DNA of 25,213 nt from a virus (taxonomy: Duplodnaviria > Caudoviricetes): positions 1-25,213 of the IMG/VR virus record IMGVR_UViG_3300044698_000045; one strand, 5' to 3'. A model generated the notes under the pieces. That model saw only the letters and a list, made by a program, of their open reading frames with translations, did not search any database and was not told the origin of the DNA. Shown one piece after another: positions 24,751-25,213 of the stretch. How positions within the stretch are numbered: position 1 is the stretch's first letter; each line of letters opens with the position of its first letter. Position numbers and translations under genes: made by a program.

Positions 24751-25137
24751 TCATATTCCGTCAAATTCGTTCGCTGCCTTCTCCGGTTTCTTCACTGTCA
24801 GACGCTCCCGGGCTGCCGGGGTCAAGCCAAGGTCGTTTGCCAGGCTCCGCAACTGACCAAACATCGCGGAATTAACCTCGCTGGAGGTCTGGATCAGCTC
24901 GTACAGTCGGCAGTACATGCCAAGCATGTCAATGTCCAGCGTGGTCAATACGCCAACCTCGACCAGCTCCGCCGCCTTCCGGTCGAAGATAGCCCGCTGC
25001 GAGTCGGTCAACCAGTCGGGGCCAACAGGGACGCCATTAACAGGCGGCGGCTTAGGTGCATCTCGCCCTTCGTGTCGGTGTTTGCGGAAAGTCCCCTGCT
25101 TTTTCAGAACTTCAACTGATTTTCTTGGCTTTGGCAT
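24751..25137 (-). CDS. terS: Terminase small subunit (P27-like family)
   Basis: AGGAG RBS with ATG at 25137. PRK...K...GTFR..RH, P.WL, L...D...L..YC, LGLTPAAR. Confidence 0.9.
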   Translation of the reverse strand: MPKPRKSVEVLKKQGTFRKHRHEGRDAPKPPPVNGVPVGPDWLTDSQRAIFDRKAAELVEVGVLTTLDIDMLGMYCRLYELIQTSSEVNSAMFGQLRSLANDLGLTPAARERLTVKKPEKAANEFDGI

Positions 25138-25213
25138 GGTATCTCCTGTTTTGTGCATATGTCCAATATCTGATTTGGCCACGTAAGCGCTGAGTTAAGC
25201 ATGACGGTCTGGA

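Larger units (their letters stand above)
1..25213 (-). mobile_element. Phage or prophage late (packaging, head, tail, lysis-like) region, siphovirus type
   Basis: Complete co-oriented HK97/lambda-like gene order. No sheath gene seen. No host genes or att site in the window. Confidence 0.95.

Overview
This window is the morphogenesis operon of a tailed dsDNA (pro)phage of the HK97/lambda-like siphovirus type, encoded entirely on the minus strand. Reading right to left: terminase small and large subunits, a small HTH protein, a small membrane protein, portal, prohead protease, major capsid protein, probable head accessory proteins (one a predicted beta-helix), head-tail joining genes, tail tube, tail assembly chaperones with a -1 frameshift site, tape measure protein, tail tip and fibre-like genes, then lipoprotein and lysis-like genes. 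Four things stand out. (1) Two SAM methyltransferases and a two-domain GT2 glycosyltransferase are translationally coupled between the tail terminator and the tail tube, suggesting virion glycosylation and methylation. (2) Three consecutive tail-fibre-region genes carry predicted export signals (Sec, Sec, Tat-like). (3) The last of these is an Mtd/C-type-lectin-like protein whose 3' end looks like a diversity-generating retroelement (DGR) variable region, yet I see no template repeat, avd or reverse transcriptase in the window. (4) A six-repeat beta-propeller tail protein has a 65-bp invariant DNA core and variable loops. The tape measure gene also appears to lack a canonical start codon. All family calls come from motif recognition and gene order, not database searches.
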